In this document: one piece after another, positions 27,083 to 36,378 of the stretch
Numbering within the stretch: position 1 is the first letter of the stretch
Layout: each line of letters begins with the position of its first letter
From: an uncultured Gammaproteobacteria bacterium
GTDB lineage: Bacteria > Patescibacteriota > Patescibacteriia > Patescibacteriales > UBA12465
Length of the DNA stretch: 64,000 nt
Assembly: GCA_964648205.1 (NCBI GenBank)
Contig: CAZYNT010000004.1
Location: 5,588 to 69,587, forward strand
Reading direction: 5' to 3'
The notes under the pieces: model-generated
Seen by the model: only the letters and a program-made list of their open reading frames with translations
Told to the model about the DNA's origin: nothing
Databases searched by the model: none
Position numbers and translations under genes: made by a program

Positions 27083-27829
27083 ATGAAAAAGTTAAAGAAA
27101 GTCAAATCAATTTTATTGCTCTGGCTCTTGGCTTATCCTCTTTGGTTGGTTTCCGGGTTAGTATTTTTTACATTCAGGCTTTTTGAATGCGTGGTTATTC
27201 ATAATCAAAAGAATGTTCCTTTTTGGCCAAAAAGTTTGATAGTAGTATCAAACCACCCCTCTATGTGGGAGCCCGTACTGCTTAATTATCTTTTTTTCCT
27301 AAGAACGACCATCCAGCCTTTTAAATTCGTCCCTTATAGTACTCCCGACCTTGATAACTACAATAAATGGTACTGGGAACTGGTCAAAGAACGATTTATT
27401 TTTGTCCCGCGACGCAAACCCGATGTCATGAAATCCGCTTTTAAAAAAATGGCTAAAGTTTTAAAGAAGGGAAGAATTTTAATTATTTTTCCTGAAGGAG
27501 GCCGCACAGCAACAAGCAAAGACGATAATTGGCATTATTCGCGTTTAGGACATCGTCTGAGGCCATTAAAGGACGGGGCGGCCAGGCTAGCGCTTGAAAC
27601 TGATGCGAAGGTCTTGGTCATTTGGATAAAGGGAGCGGATAAAGCTTTACCGGTAGGTCGCTTTTGGCCAAAATTTTGGAAAAGAACTGATATTTATATT
27701 GGTCCGACTATAAAATTGAGCGGTGACGATCAGAACGAAGAAGACGTCAAAAAGGGAACAGAAGAAATCACCCAAGCCTTACTGGCTCTGGCTGACCAGA
27801 CCGGCCGGCCCGACAAACCTGAAAACTAA
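27083..27829 (+). CDS. Lysophospholipid (1-acyl-sn-glycerol-3-phosphate) acyltransferase-like protein
   Basis: NHPSMWEP (variant of NHxxxxD) and FPEGGRT motifs. N-terminal TM helix. Confidence 0.6.
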   Translation: MKKLKKVKSILLLWLLAYPLWLVSGLVFFTFRLFECVVIHNQKNVPFWPKSLIVVSNHPSMWEPVLLNYLFFLRTTIQPFKFVPYSTPDLDNYNKWYWELVKERFIFVPRRKPDVMKSAFKKMAKVLKKGRILIIFPEGGRTATSKDDNWHYSRLGHRLRPLKDGAARLALETDAKVLVIWIKGADKALPVGRFWPKFWKRTDIYIGPTIKLSGDDQNEEDVKKGTEEITQALLALADQTGRPDKPEN

Positions 27830-27846
27830 TCATGAAGAGCTGTTGC

Positions 27847-27877
27847 AGGAGATTCAAAAAAATGAATCTCCTTTTTT
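27847..27877 (+). terminator. Intrinsic terminator of the acyltransferase gene
   Basis: AGGAGATTC-N8-GAATCTCCT stem followed by T6. Confidence 0.7.
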
Positions 27878-28015
27878 ATTTTTTATTTGTAAAATATTTT
27901 TTAAAAATAAAATAGTCCTTTAAAATCTAAATAAAATCTAAGTATTATAAATTGTAAAAAATGGCGGGGAATAAAGGGAAAAGCTCAATATTTGTTAGAA
28001 TTTTGCCTATTCAAT

Positions 28016-28043
28016 GCTTCGCATAATGTATATTAATACACCC
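28016..28043. other. dif-like Xer recombination site
   Basis: GCTTCGCATAA-TGTATA-TTAATACACCC. The stretch CGCATAATGTATATTA (16 nt) is identical to the core of E. coli dif (GGTGCGCATAATGTATATTATGTTAAAT). It lies in a non-coding zone of convergent transcription, 1 kb from a Xer recombinase gene. Confidence 0.5.
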
Positions 28044-28049
28044 TTTAAT

Positions 28050-28081
28050 AGAACAAATCAAAAGGAGCCGCTAAGCTCCTT
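28050..28081 (-). terminator. Probable terminator of the 11-gene minus-strand operon
   Basis: AAGGAGC-N6-GCTCCTT hairpin, followed on the minus strand by a T-rich tract (TTGATTTGTT). Confidence 0.4.
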
Positions 28082-28120
28082 ATACACCCGCCTGTATATT
28101 AATATTAATTTAAAGGCCAA

Positions 28121-28261
28121 TTAACTAATAATCAGCCCCATAAGATGGACTTCGGGATGGAATAACAAAATAATTTTTATAATTATCAAAAAAATTCCGA
28201 TAACTACCGCGCAAAAAACTAAAACCGCTAAAGTAAAAAATGTTTTAAATGCCCCCTCCAT
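28121..28261 (-). CDS. Small hydrophobic protein (46 aa), not in the ORF track
   Basis: ATG at 28261, 8 nt after the ftsQ-like stop. Translates to MEGAFKTFFTLAVLVFCAVVIGIFLIIIKIILLFHPEVHLMGLIIS, then TAA at 28123-28121. One TM helix. Confidence 0.35.
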   Translation of the reverse strand: MEGAFKTFFTLAVLVFCAVVIGIFLIIIKIILLFHPEVHLMGLIIS

Positions 28262-28269
28262 ATATTTGT

Positions 28270-29118
28270 TTAATTAATGAATATACGATCGCCGTAACGC
28301 AAATCGATATAACTAGTCTTATTAAAATTATCCTTTATTTTCTCTTTTTTGACAAGAACTAGGCGGTCGACCTGAGCCTTAGCCTCAACTTTAGTATCGA
28401 AATAAACCAGGGGGCCGTCTTTGAACTTGACTTTAATGGTATTGAATTCCTGATCGATTATGAAGCGTTCAACGGATAATTCTTGATGGACGGTCAGAGA
28501 ATTCGCCAGCTCGAAAATAAAATTCAGATAACCAGTTGAAATATTTATTTTATTTTTTTCATCAATTAAGCTGCCGGCATTTTTATTTTCCAAGATGAGG
28601 TATCTAGCCTTATTATCTTCAGAAACAGCCGATTCGCGGATAATATAACCCTCACTCGAAGCGTAATAAAGCTCATTTCCCTGCTGAAAAATAAAAGAAT
28701 ATGGGCGTTCGCCGACGCGCACCAGTATCGTCTTCGGAAATTTCTTAACAATCTGTAAAGAGGCTAGATTATAAGCGGAGAGGATGGTTTCCTGGATATC
28801 GTTTTTATCGAAAAGAAAAATATTTTCTTGTTTAAAAACTAAATATCGAGATTTTTTAGCTTGTTCCCAAATTTTATTCTTAATGTCGGTATCCGGTATC
28901 CGCGTTAGTCCTTCGACTTTTATATTATTAATCCGCCAAACCGGTGCGGCGGCAAAAAACCAAACAGCAAAAATAATAAATAGAATGCCCAAAACTAAAA
29001 GACAAGCCAAAAACCGCTTATTTTTAGTTTTTTTCGGTTTCCGAAAAAAAGGATTGCAGAGATTCTTATGTTGATAGTCTTTCTTTATTTTTTTTAAGTA
29101 TTTCCCTTCTCTTGACAT
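28270..29118 (-). CDS. ftsQ: FtsQ/DivIB-like cell-division protein (POTRA domain)
   Basis: N-terminal TM anchor followed by a POTRA-like segment (WRINNIKVEGLTRIPDTDIKNKI). Adjacent to alr. Confidence 0.6.
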   Translation of the reverse strand: MSREGKYLKKIKKDYQHKNLCNPFFRKPKKTKNKRFLACLLVLGILFIIFAVWFFAAAPVWRINNIKVEGLTRIPDTDIKNKIWEQAKKSRYLVFKQENIFLFDKNDIQETILSAYNLASLQIVKKFPKTILVRVGERPYSFIFQQGNELYYASSEGYIIRESAVSEDNKARYLILENKNAGSLIDEKNKINISTGYLNFIFELANSLTVHQELSVERFIIDQEFNTIKVKFKDGPLVYFDTKVEAKAQVDRLVLVKKEKIKDNFNKTSYIDLRYGDRIFIN

Positions 29119-29136
29119 AACTATAAAAAAATATCA

Positions 29137-30288
29137 TTACCAAATTATCTCCCTTCTAATGCTTGGCTGGAGGCGCACTAAAAATTCATAAGGAATGGTA
29201 TTCATAAGGCGAGATAAGTTTAAAACTGAGTTTTTAGCCTCTTTTTGATCAGAAACAACAACAACTTTATCTCCCTTTTGAACTGTCTGGCCATCAACAT
29301 CTAAACAGGTTAAATTCATGCAAACCTTGCCGGCAATAGGCGCCCAAATCGCCGCATTTAAGCTTAAAACAAGAAATTCAGCTTTATTCGATAAGCGCCG
29401 ATCCAAGCCTTCAAAGTAGCCGAAAGGAACGATGGCAATATTTGTTTCTCTGACGGCGCGATAACTTTCATTATAAGAAACCGGCTCATCGGGAAAAACT
29501 TTTTGAATAGATACCACTTGAGAAATAACTTTCAGGGCTGACTGGAGCCGTCTATTTTCTTCGAACTCGGACTCCTCAGAATCAGAAAATGGATTGTAGC
29601 CATAAAGAGCTAATCCGGGACGAAAGGCGGTTAAAAGCTTATTGCGCAAAGTAAGTAGGCCGGCTGAATTGCCTAAATGAATCCAGCGCGGAAAATAGCC
29701 GGCAGAACGCAAAGCGTCCAAAGAATCCATAAATTCTATTTCTTGAGTCTGATTAAGGATGGACTGCTCGTCCGCTGAGGCTAAATGGGAACACAAACCG
29801 GTAAGATCGACCTTATCTAAATATTTTTTATTAAATTCAATAAATTTGGAGATATTTTTTATACCCTCACGATTCATTCCTGAGTTAACAAAAAGGTGTA
29901 TTTTTGCTCTTTTACCGTAGCTGGACAAATGCTTTAGGGTTTCACTGTCATAAACGACGAATTCAGTTCTTTTGAAATCACAGTAGTTGTAAGCTTTAAG
30001 CGGCATCTCGCCTAAAATCAAGACTTTTCTTTTAAAATAACGCCAGGCGATTTGCGCTTCCGGGAAAGAATCGACGATAACCATAGGGGCGTCGGTATGA
30101 TTAAGAATAAGGCATAATTCTTTCAAGCCATGCCCGTAAGCATTCGACTTCAAGACAGGAAATACTTCCGCACTTCCCTGCTGTTCTTTCAAATAATTAA
30201 AATTGGCGATTATTTTTTTAGCGCTAATTTCAATCTTATTCAAAGTCTCGTACCTGGGTTTTAATAATTGTCGAAAAAAATTTATCAT
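29137..30288 (-). CDS. alr: Alanine racemase
   Basis: PLP-lysine motif VFPVLKSNAYGHG and overall length of 383 aa. Confidence 0.85.
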   Translation of the reverse strand: MINFFRQLLKPRYETLNKIEISAKKIIANFNYLKEQQGSAEVFPVLKSNAYGHGLKELCLILNHTDAPMVIVDSFPEAQIAWRYFKRKVLILGEMPLKAYNYCDFKRTEFVVYDSETLKHLSSYGKRAKIHLFVNSGMNREGIKNISKFIEFNKKYLDKVDLTGLCSHLASADEQSILNQTQEIEFMDSLDALRSAGYFPRWIHLGNSAGLLTLRNKLLTAFRPGLALYGYNPFSDSEESEFEENRRLQSALKVISQVVSIQKVFPDEPVSYNESYRAVRETNIAIVPFGYFEGLDRRLSNKAEFLVLSLNAAIWAPIAGKVCMNLTCLDVDGQTVQKGDKVVVVSDQKEAKNSVLNLSRLMNTIPYEFLVRLQPSIRREIIW

Positions 30289-30314
30289 AAAAATAAATTA
30301 AGATTGGCTAATAA

Positions 30315-31376
30315 CTAAGGCTGGCTAATAACGCCTTGCCCCTTATTAAGGCGGTCGAAATCTAAATTAGTGCTAAGATTGGCCAGACCAGCCGAAGTTT
30401 CCTCATTAATAGCCGTATCGCGGGCATAATAATTCAGATTCGTTATCAGGGGTACGATTTTGCCAACTTGATTTAAGCTGGGTATTAACTGGATCTCGAA
30501 GCCAACGCGATAACTGTCACTTTGATTTTTTAATTCCGCCACCTGCCAAATAATCTGCCTTGAAGCGGCGTTATATTTAAACTCACCGGAAAGAAGCGAA
30601 CGGTTGCCGGTCAGCTCTACTCCCTTCGGAAGCTTGGCGCTAAATACTAAATCTTTGAAATCGCCGTTACTTTTTATTTCAAAGAAAACCCAATAATTAG
30701 TCGGCAGGCCGACAAGGGGCGGCAAGGGACCGCTGCCTAATTGATCGCCCTGCGGACTATGATAATAGGCGACCGCTTCGGCTTTCAATTCGGAGGCTAA
30801 ATGCAAATTGGGCAAGTTAACCGCTTCTTTGATTGTCTGGCCTTGGACTGAATAGGCACTTTGCGCCTGCCATTCGATTACTCTCTCGATTTCATTTTTA
30901 GATTGGAAATAAACTTTAAACACCACTTCCCTATTTTCATTGACGTTTAAAGAGCCAAAATCAATCTGGCGATTGGCAATTTTAACGCCCCCCGCTTCAC
31001 CCGACGCTTCAATTTTATTTATTATAAAATTCTTTTTTGTGCCGAGCAAATCAATTTTTATATTTTGTATGGCGCTTTCGCCAACATTCTTTAAATCTAT
31101 TTTTAAAAGAGCGCCGTCAGCCAATCTGATAGACGAGCTAGCGACTGAAAAATTGACAACAAGAGGAGGGTTGTTCAAATCTATTTCCTGTTTAGCGGGT
31201 GCCGTGCCGCTAAACGGACTAGCCAGGTTCGGTCGATAAAAATGCAAACTGATAACAGCTGCTATTAATAAAATAATAATGACGCCCAGGGAGAAATCGA
31301 TGATTAAGTGCCAGCGATTTTTAAGATAAAATCTTTCCCGCCTAAACTGCCAGTAACGATTAATAAATTTAAGCAT
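30315..31376 (-). CDS. Membrane-anchored beta-rich protein of unknown function
   Basis: 353-aa ORF with an N-terminal TM helix (LIIDFSLGVIIILLIAAVISL). Tightly packed in the operon. Confidence 0.5.
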   Translation of the reverse strand: MLKFINRYWQFRRERFYLKNRWHLIIDFSLGVIIILLIAAVISLHFYRPNLASPFSGTAPAKQEIDLNNPPLVVNFSVASSSIRLADGALLKIDLKNVGESAIQNIKIDLLGTKKNFIINKIEASGEAGGVKIANRQIDFGSLNVNENREVVFKVYFQSKNEIERVIEWQAQSAYSVQGQTIKEAVNLPNLHLASELKAEAVAYYHSPQGDQLGSGPLPPLVGLPTNYWVFFEIKSNGDFKDLVFSAKLPKGVELTGNRSLLSGEFKYNAASRQIIWQVAELKNQSDSYRVGFEIQLIPSLNQVGKIVPLITNLNYYARDTAINEETSAGLANLSTNLDFDRLNKGQGVISQP

Positions 31377-31383
31377 ATATTTA

Positions 31384-33426
31384 TTAATAAAAATTCTTTA
31401 TGCCCACTAAAATCTCCATTTGCCCGTCATTATTAATATCGCTTACGCTGACCTTTGTGCCTCCGTGGTAGTTTTTATCATAAGCGAAAAAGCTTGATAA
31501 TGCCTTTCCTGTATTATTAAAAATTCTGACTTGCGGCCCGCCGCCAATTCCTGGAGAGGTAATTATTTCATTCCAGCCGTCGCTATTAACATCGCCAACG
31601 GCGACGCTGACTCCGCCTTTAAATTTTTTGTCATAAGCCAAAAAATTATTTTTTAAGACGCCTTGCAAAGTAAAAACTTTAATAAGCGGCTCCAGTCCGG
31701 TTCCGGGGCCGGTAATTATTTCTTCTTGGCCGTCGCCGTCGATATCGCCCAAAGCAACGCTGACTCCGCCGCGCGAATTTTTATCATAAGCCATAAAATC
31801 ACCCAATAATTTGCCGCCAGCCTGGAAAATCCTGATTTGCGGCCCGCCGCCGCTTCCCGGTCCGGTAATTATTTCCTGAAAATATCCCTGGTCAATCTTG
31901 GCGGCGATGTTTATCTGGCCTTTATAATTTTTAGTATAGGGGAAAATCGGAGTCAATTTTATTCCGTTTTTTTGTAAAACTACTTGGCCGGAGCCGGCGG
32001 CCAGGCTAACATTTTGAGCATCGGAATCCTGCTTGGCAACGATCAATTCCTGTTCCCCGGGAAAATTGCTGAAATAAGGAAAAAATCCATTTCTTATTTG
32101 AATGCCGGCAAAATTATATAAACGATAAAAATAACCGTTGGTAAATGCGCTATTGGTAATGACTGTGTTGCGCCGCAGAAGAATCGCCCCGTCTTGAGGA
32201 GCTAATTTTAAATAATTAATCTTCAAACCAGTATTAAAGCTCGGATCCTGCGAACCTTTTATTTTTTCCATCTCTTCCTTCAAAAAAACATACAGCTGTT
32301 CTTTATCTGTCGAATTGACGATGGCCGAGCCATATTTAAAATCTCTGCGCCATAAACCAGCTTTTATCTCCGTCCCGCCGTTAGCCAGAAGATTATAAGC
32401 GCCTGATTGAGCGGGTCCTAATGGGACGCTATACTCATCGTACCACCAAGTTTGCCCGTGGTTGGTAATATCATAATCAAAGCTATAGAAACCATTGCCC
32501 AGCAGCGCGCTCGTCAGCCCATAGCGAAAACGGTGATAATCATTTTGATCTTTACTGGATACATTAACCAATGAAACATTCGGTACAGCGTTTAGAGCCG
32601 GCAGGCGCAAATAGGTTTTTATTGATCCGGCCCAAGTGCCGCCATTTTCCCAGGAAGACGGAAAGCTTTCCAACATCACGCCGTTTAGCAAACTTTGATA
32701 ATCTTCATAAACGCGGCCGTTGCCCACGATAATAAAATTTGAGCCGGCGAGCTCCCTGGTCTTCGTTAAAACCTTCTTAAAACCAGACGACCAGGCGGCA
32801 TCAAGACTAGCCGCTGCGTCGCGAACGCCATCATTATCGGCATCGATGTCACCTTGGTTAAGCCAAGAAATATCGCCCCAAGTATTGTCATAATAAACGC
32901 CATCCCAAAGACCGGTGGCTTTTATTTCATTGATTACAAAATCAACCAAATAGTCATTGAAACGCTGGCCGCGGTTATCCGGACTGGCACCATCCGTCAA
33001 GTTCAGCATTGAATTATAGGGCCAATTGGAAATTTTATGGCCGGAAGAATCATGCAGCCACCAGGCGCTATCAATATTTCTCGCGAGCCGATTGCGCAAT
33101 TCGGCATGATTATAATCTTCAGGATTATCGATTTGCTCGACTGAATTAATATAGGCCAAAATAATAATATTGGGGTTAAGCGTGCGGATCTTTTTTAATT
33201 GTTCGCGGCTGTTTTCTTGGACTTCCATATCAAGAACCACCACGTCCCATCTGGCTAATTCCCCGGCTTCCGCATCACTAATTTCCCATTTCAAAAAATA
33301 ATTAGCTAAGCGCGGATAAGCGACCTTAATGGCCGCCGCTTGAGAAATCGCTGGTAAAAACAAGCCGGCACTGGCCAATGCCAATACTGCTATAAAAAAT
33401 ATATTCCGTCTTAAAAACTTTTTCAT
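31384..33426 (-). CDS. Secreted GH114/GHL15-like TIM-barrel domain protein with C-terminal FG-GAP/VCBS repeats
   Basis: Signal peptide, an N-domain paralogous to 8758-9891, and a C-terminal repeat of ITGPGxGGGPQxRIF...AYDKxxxGGVSVAxGDxxxDG. Confidence 0.5.
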   Translation of the reverse strand: MKKFLRRNIFFIAVLALASAGLFLPAISQAAAIKVAYPRLANYFLKWEISDAEAGELARWDVVVLDMEVQENSREQLKKIRTLNPNIIILAYINSVEQIDNPEDYNHAELRNRLARNIDSAWWLHDSSGHKISNWPYNSMLNLTDGASPDNRGQRFNDYLVDFVINEIKATGLWDGVYYDNTWGDISWLNQGDIDADNDGVRDAAASLDAAWSSGFKKVLTKTRELAGSNFIIVGNGRVYEDYQSLLNGVMLESFPSSWENGGTWAGSIKTYLRLPALNAVPNVSLVNVSSKDQNDYHRFRYGLTSALLGNGFYSFDYDITNHGQTWWYDEYSVPLGPAQSGAYNLLANGGTEIKAGLWRRDFKYGSAIVNSTDKEQLYVFLKEEMEKIKGSQDPSFNTGLKINYLKLAPQDGAILLRRNTVITNSAFTNGYFYRLYNFAGIQIRNGFFPYFSNFPGEQELIVAKQDSDAQNVSLAAGSGQVVLQKNGIKLTPIFPYTKNYKGQINIAAKIDQGYFQEIITGPGSGGGPQIRIFQAGGKLLGDFMAYDKNSRGGVSVALGDIDGDGQEEIITGPGTGLEPLIKVFTLQGVLKNNFLAYDKKFKGGVSVAVGDVNSDGWNEIITSPGIGGGPQVRIFNNTGKALSSFFAYDKNYHGGTKVSVSDINNDGQMEILVGIKNFY
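31387..31890 (-). repeat. Three tandem FG-GAP/VCBS-like coding repeats of about 51-54 aa
   Basis: Protein-level repeats: EIITGPGSGGGPQIRIF, EIITGPGTGLEPLIKVF, EIITSPGIGGGPQVRIF. Each is followed by AYDK...GG.SV..GD...DG. Confidence 0.6.
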
Positions 33427-33433
33427 CGCTTTT

Positions 33434-34714
33434 TTACTTCTGCTTAGACTTTATCTTCTTATAGCTTTTCGGCATATACGGAGCGAGCGCTTTAGGGATT
33501 TCAATCGAACCGTCGCCGGTCTGATAATTTTCCATAATAGCGATTAAGCACCGCGGTATGGCGATGGCTGTTCCATTAAGGGTGTGGACCAGTTCTTTCT
33601 CGCCGTTGGCTTTGCGATATCTAATATTCATGGCGCGGGATTGATAGTCTGTACAATTAGAAGTTGAGGTTACTTCCGCCCAAGCTCCCTGGCTGCCGTC
33701 AGCAGCGGGCTTGCCTGGCAGCCAAACTTCAAGGTCATAAGTTCTTATAGAAGGTGTTCCTAAATCAGCTGTGCAGTGATCAATCACCTGGAAGGGCAGA
33801 TTCAAACCTTTGAAAATTTCTTTTTCAATTTCCAATAATTCTAAATGAGCCTTTTCCGCTTCTTCCGGCTTAACATATTGGAACATTTCAATCTTAGTAA
33901 ATTGATGGACGCGGAAAATTCCTTTAGAAAATTTTGAATAGCTTCCTGCTTCCGTTCTAAAACAATGGGAAACGGCCACATACTTTTTAGGGAGTTCGGC
34001 TTCTTCCATAATTTCATCTTTATGGTATCCGCCCATGGTAATTTCCGCGGTACCGATAAGGCTCAGGTCGGAATCGGCGATATTATAAATCTGAGTCGAT
34101 TCGCCGCGCGGATTGAACCCCATGCCTTCGACTATTTCCCTTTTCGCTAAATCTGGAGTGATAACCGGAGTATAACCATGCGCGATTAAAATATTTAAAG
34201 CATATTGGATAAGAGCGTATTCCATGAGCGCTAATTCATTTTTGAGGAAATAGAATTTAGCGCCGCTCGTTTTTGTGCCTCGGTCAAAATCTATTAAATC
34301 AAGCGCAGCCGCAAGCTCCACATGATCCTTTGGAATAAATTTGAACTTAGCGGGCGCTCCATAGGTTTCTAAAACTGGATTATCATCTTCGTTAGAGCTG
34401 ACTTTGACGCTCGGATGAGACAAGTTGGGAACAGCCAAAAGCATCTCTTTGAAACGACCTTCTTTTTCCGCCAGATCAGCTTCCCAGATTTTTAAATTAT
34501 CACCCAGAGTTTTCATTTCCGCGATGATTTCGGGCGTCGGTTTTGTTTTTGAAGCTTGGTTGCGCCGCGCTCTAGCCGTTTCGATGTTGGTAATTAAGGT
34601 TCTGATATCTTTATCCAAGCTCAACAAAATATCAATATCGACCGCCGCCAAGCGATTGCGGACATTTTCTTTTATTAGATCCGGATTTTCACGGATTAAT
34701 TTTATATCTAACAT
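33434..34714 (-). CDS. serS: Seryl-tRNA synthetase
   Basis: N-terminal coiled-coil arm and class II motifs (FRTEAGS, GTAIAIPRCLIAIMENYQ). Confidence 0.95.
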   Translation of the reverse strand: MLDIKLIRENPDLIKENVRNRLAAVDIDILLSLDKDIRTLITNIETARARRNQASKTKPTPEIIAEMKTLGDNLKIWEADLAEKEGRFKEMLLAVPNLSHPSVKVSSNEDDNPVLETYGAPAKFKFIPKDHVELAAALDLIDFDRGTKTSGAKFYFLKNELALMEYALIQYALNILIAHGYTPVITPDLAKREIVEGMGFNPRGESTQIYNIADSDLSLIGTAEITMGGYHKDEIMEEAELPKKYVAVSHCFRTEAGSYSKFSKGIFRVHQFTKIEMFQYVKPEEAEKAHLELLEIEKEIFKGLNLPFQVIDHCTADLGTPSIRTYDLEVWLPGKPAADGSQGAWAEVTSTSNCTDYQSRAMNIRYRKANGEKELVHTLNGTAIAIPRCLIAIMENYQTGDGSIEIPKALAPYMPKSYKKIKSKQK

Positions 34715-34725
34715 ATGATTATTTA

Positions 34726-36366
34726 TTAATTAATAATTTCACCGCCGAATGTTTTAAGGAGATCATTAATCAGGCCTCCTTTTTTTATATCTGTTTCCGC
34801 CGCGTCGGCGGAGACGGGTGTCTCTGGCGCAGCCTGCTGAAAGGCATCCGCCTTATCTTCGCGTTTCAAATTAAGATTCTCGTCGATAAGCGAATTTAGA
34901 GTTAAGGGCGCACCGAAGACTTCAGCGAGCGTCGTCTCTATTATGCTCTTAATCGTGGTGTCATTAATTCTATCTTGATGGAATTTATATTTAAAAACCA
35001 AGCACAAGCAACCATCCTTTACGTCTTGGGGGTGGCAATTCTGCAAGACGAAAGATAAGGAGTGATTATATTTTTTTATCTTCACTAAAAATTCGGGCCA
35101 TTTTTCTAAAACCTCGGCCTGATCTAAATTAACGGCGGCTTTCCCCGCACTTTCGTTTTCATTCTGATTCTTGCTTGGCCTAACGGGCGCCGCATTCTTA
35201 CTGGATAGCGGCAATTTAGGACCATTGATTCCGGAAGGGGCGCTGCTAGAAAAAACCGGAGTCGCTTTCTGCAAACCGTAACAAATCTCAACGATGGCAA
35301 GCTCCAGGGGCAGCTGTGAAATCAAGGGGTTTTTATTGTCATTATACGCTTCAAGAAACCGCCTGGTAAAAGCTAATAACTGTTCCCAATTCAAATTATT
35401 GGAAATCTCATTAATCTTAATTTCCAAACTTTCCCCTAAATTAAGGCCTAAATTATCCGATAGGCCCGGGTTGACCTTGCTCAGCATTATTTTTCGGAGC
35501 AACCCGATAAGTTCGCCGCTAAAATTCTTCAAATTAACTCCGCTATCAACTAAGTTGTTGATTAAGGAAACCGCCCTCACTGCATCTTTACGGCTTAGAT
35601 AATCAAGCAAATCGGCCGCCTCGTTGCTATTATAATGAGGGATAACTAACTCCGCCTGTTCTAAAGTTATCTTTTTATCGCCCAGCGAAAAAATCTGACC
35701 GAGCAAGCTTTCGGCGTCGCGCAAATGTCCGCCGGAACGGCGGGCAACCGCTTCCAAAACTTCCGGATCGATTTCAATTTTTTCCGCGTTCGCGATCAAG
35801 CTTAATTTTTTGACGATATCTAAAATACTAATCCGCTTGAAATCAAAACGTTCGCAGCGGGAAATGATTGTTAGGGGTACTTTTTGAATTTCTGTCGTGC
35901 ACAGAATGAAAATGACATGGGTCGGCGGCTCTTCAATGATCTTTAAAAGCGCGTTAAAGGCGGAAAGCGAAAGCATGTGGACTTCATCAATGATAAAAAC
36001 TTTGAATTTCGCGTTCGCCGGGGTGAGCCTGGAGAAGCTGATAATATTTTCTCTTACATTATCAACTCCAGTATTGGAAGCAGCGTCGATTTCCACTACA
36101 TCCAAATTCTTCCCCAATGTCGTGCTAAGACAATTTTCACATTTATTGCAGGGCTCATATTCTCCCTCTTTGCGGTTGAGGCAATTGACCGTTTTAGCCA
36201 AGACGCGCGCTAAAGTAGTTTTACCGACTGCCCGCGGTCCGCAAAACAAAAAAGCCTGCGCTAATTTATTGGCGCTGATTTCATTCTGCAGGGTTATTTT
36301 GATATGATTCTGCCCTAAAACTTCAGCGAAATTCTGGGGGCGATAATCACGGTAAAGGGTCGACAT
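34726..36366 (-). CDS. dnaX: DNA polymerase III subunit gamma/tau
   Basis: GPRAVGKTTLARVLAK (P-loop), Zn module CNKCENC, DEVHML, SRC motif (IISRCERF). Confidence 0.9.
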   Translation of the reverse strand: MSTLYRDYRPQNFAEVLGQNHIKITLQNEISANKLAQAFLFCGPRAVGKTTLARVLAKTVNCLNRKEGEYEPCNKCENCLSTTLGKNLDVVEIDAASNTGVDNVRENIISFSRLTPANAKFKVFIIDEVHMLSLSAFNALLKIIEEPPTHVIFILCTTEIQKVPLTIISRCERFDFKRISILDIVKKLSLIANAEKIEIDPEVLEAVARRSGGHLRDAESLLGQIFSLGDKKITLEQAELVIPHYNSNEAADLLDYLSRKDAVRAVSLINNLVDSGVNLKNFSGELIGLLRKIMLSKVNPGLSDNLGLNLGESLEIKINEISNNLNWEQLLAFTRRFLEAYNDNKNPLISQLPLELAIVEICYGLQKATPVFSSSAPSGINGPKLPLSSKNAAPVRPSKNQNENESAGKAAVNLDQAEVLEKWPEFLVKIKKYNHSLSFVLQNCHPQDVKDGCLCLVFKYKFHQDRINDTTIKSIIETTLAEVFGAPLTLNSLIDENLNLKREDKADAFQQAAPETPVSADAAETDIKKGGLINDLLKTFGGEIIN

Positions 36367-36378
36367 AGAGGGATTGCT

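Noticed and set aside
28083-28105. Treating the second TGTATATTAATA copy as a complete second dif site that delimits an integrated Xer-exploiting element.
   Set aside because: - Its left arm (ATACACCCGCC) does not resemble a Xer-binding arm; read outward it does not start with TTA.
- Only 67 bp, consisting of a terminator hairpin, lie between the copies, so there is no cargo.
- It is kept only as a note within the dif finding.
34770-34790. Slippery A AAA AAA heptamer in dnaX as a programmed -1 frameshift site for a gamma subunit.
   Set aside because: It lies only about 20 codons from the natural stop (DIKKGG), so a frameshift would not produce a meaningfully shorter gamma-like product. No downstream stimulatory structure was noticed.
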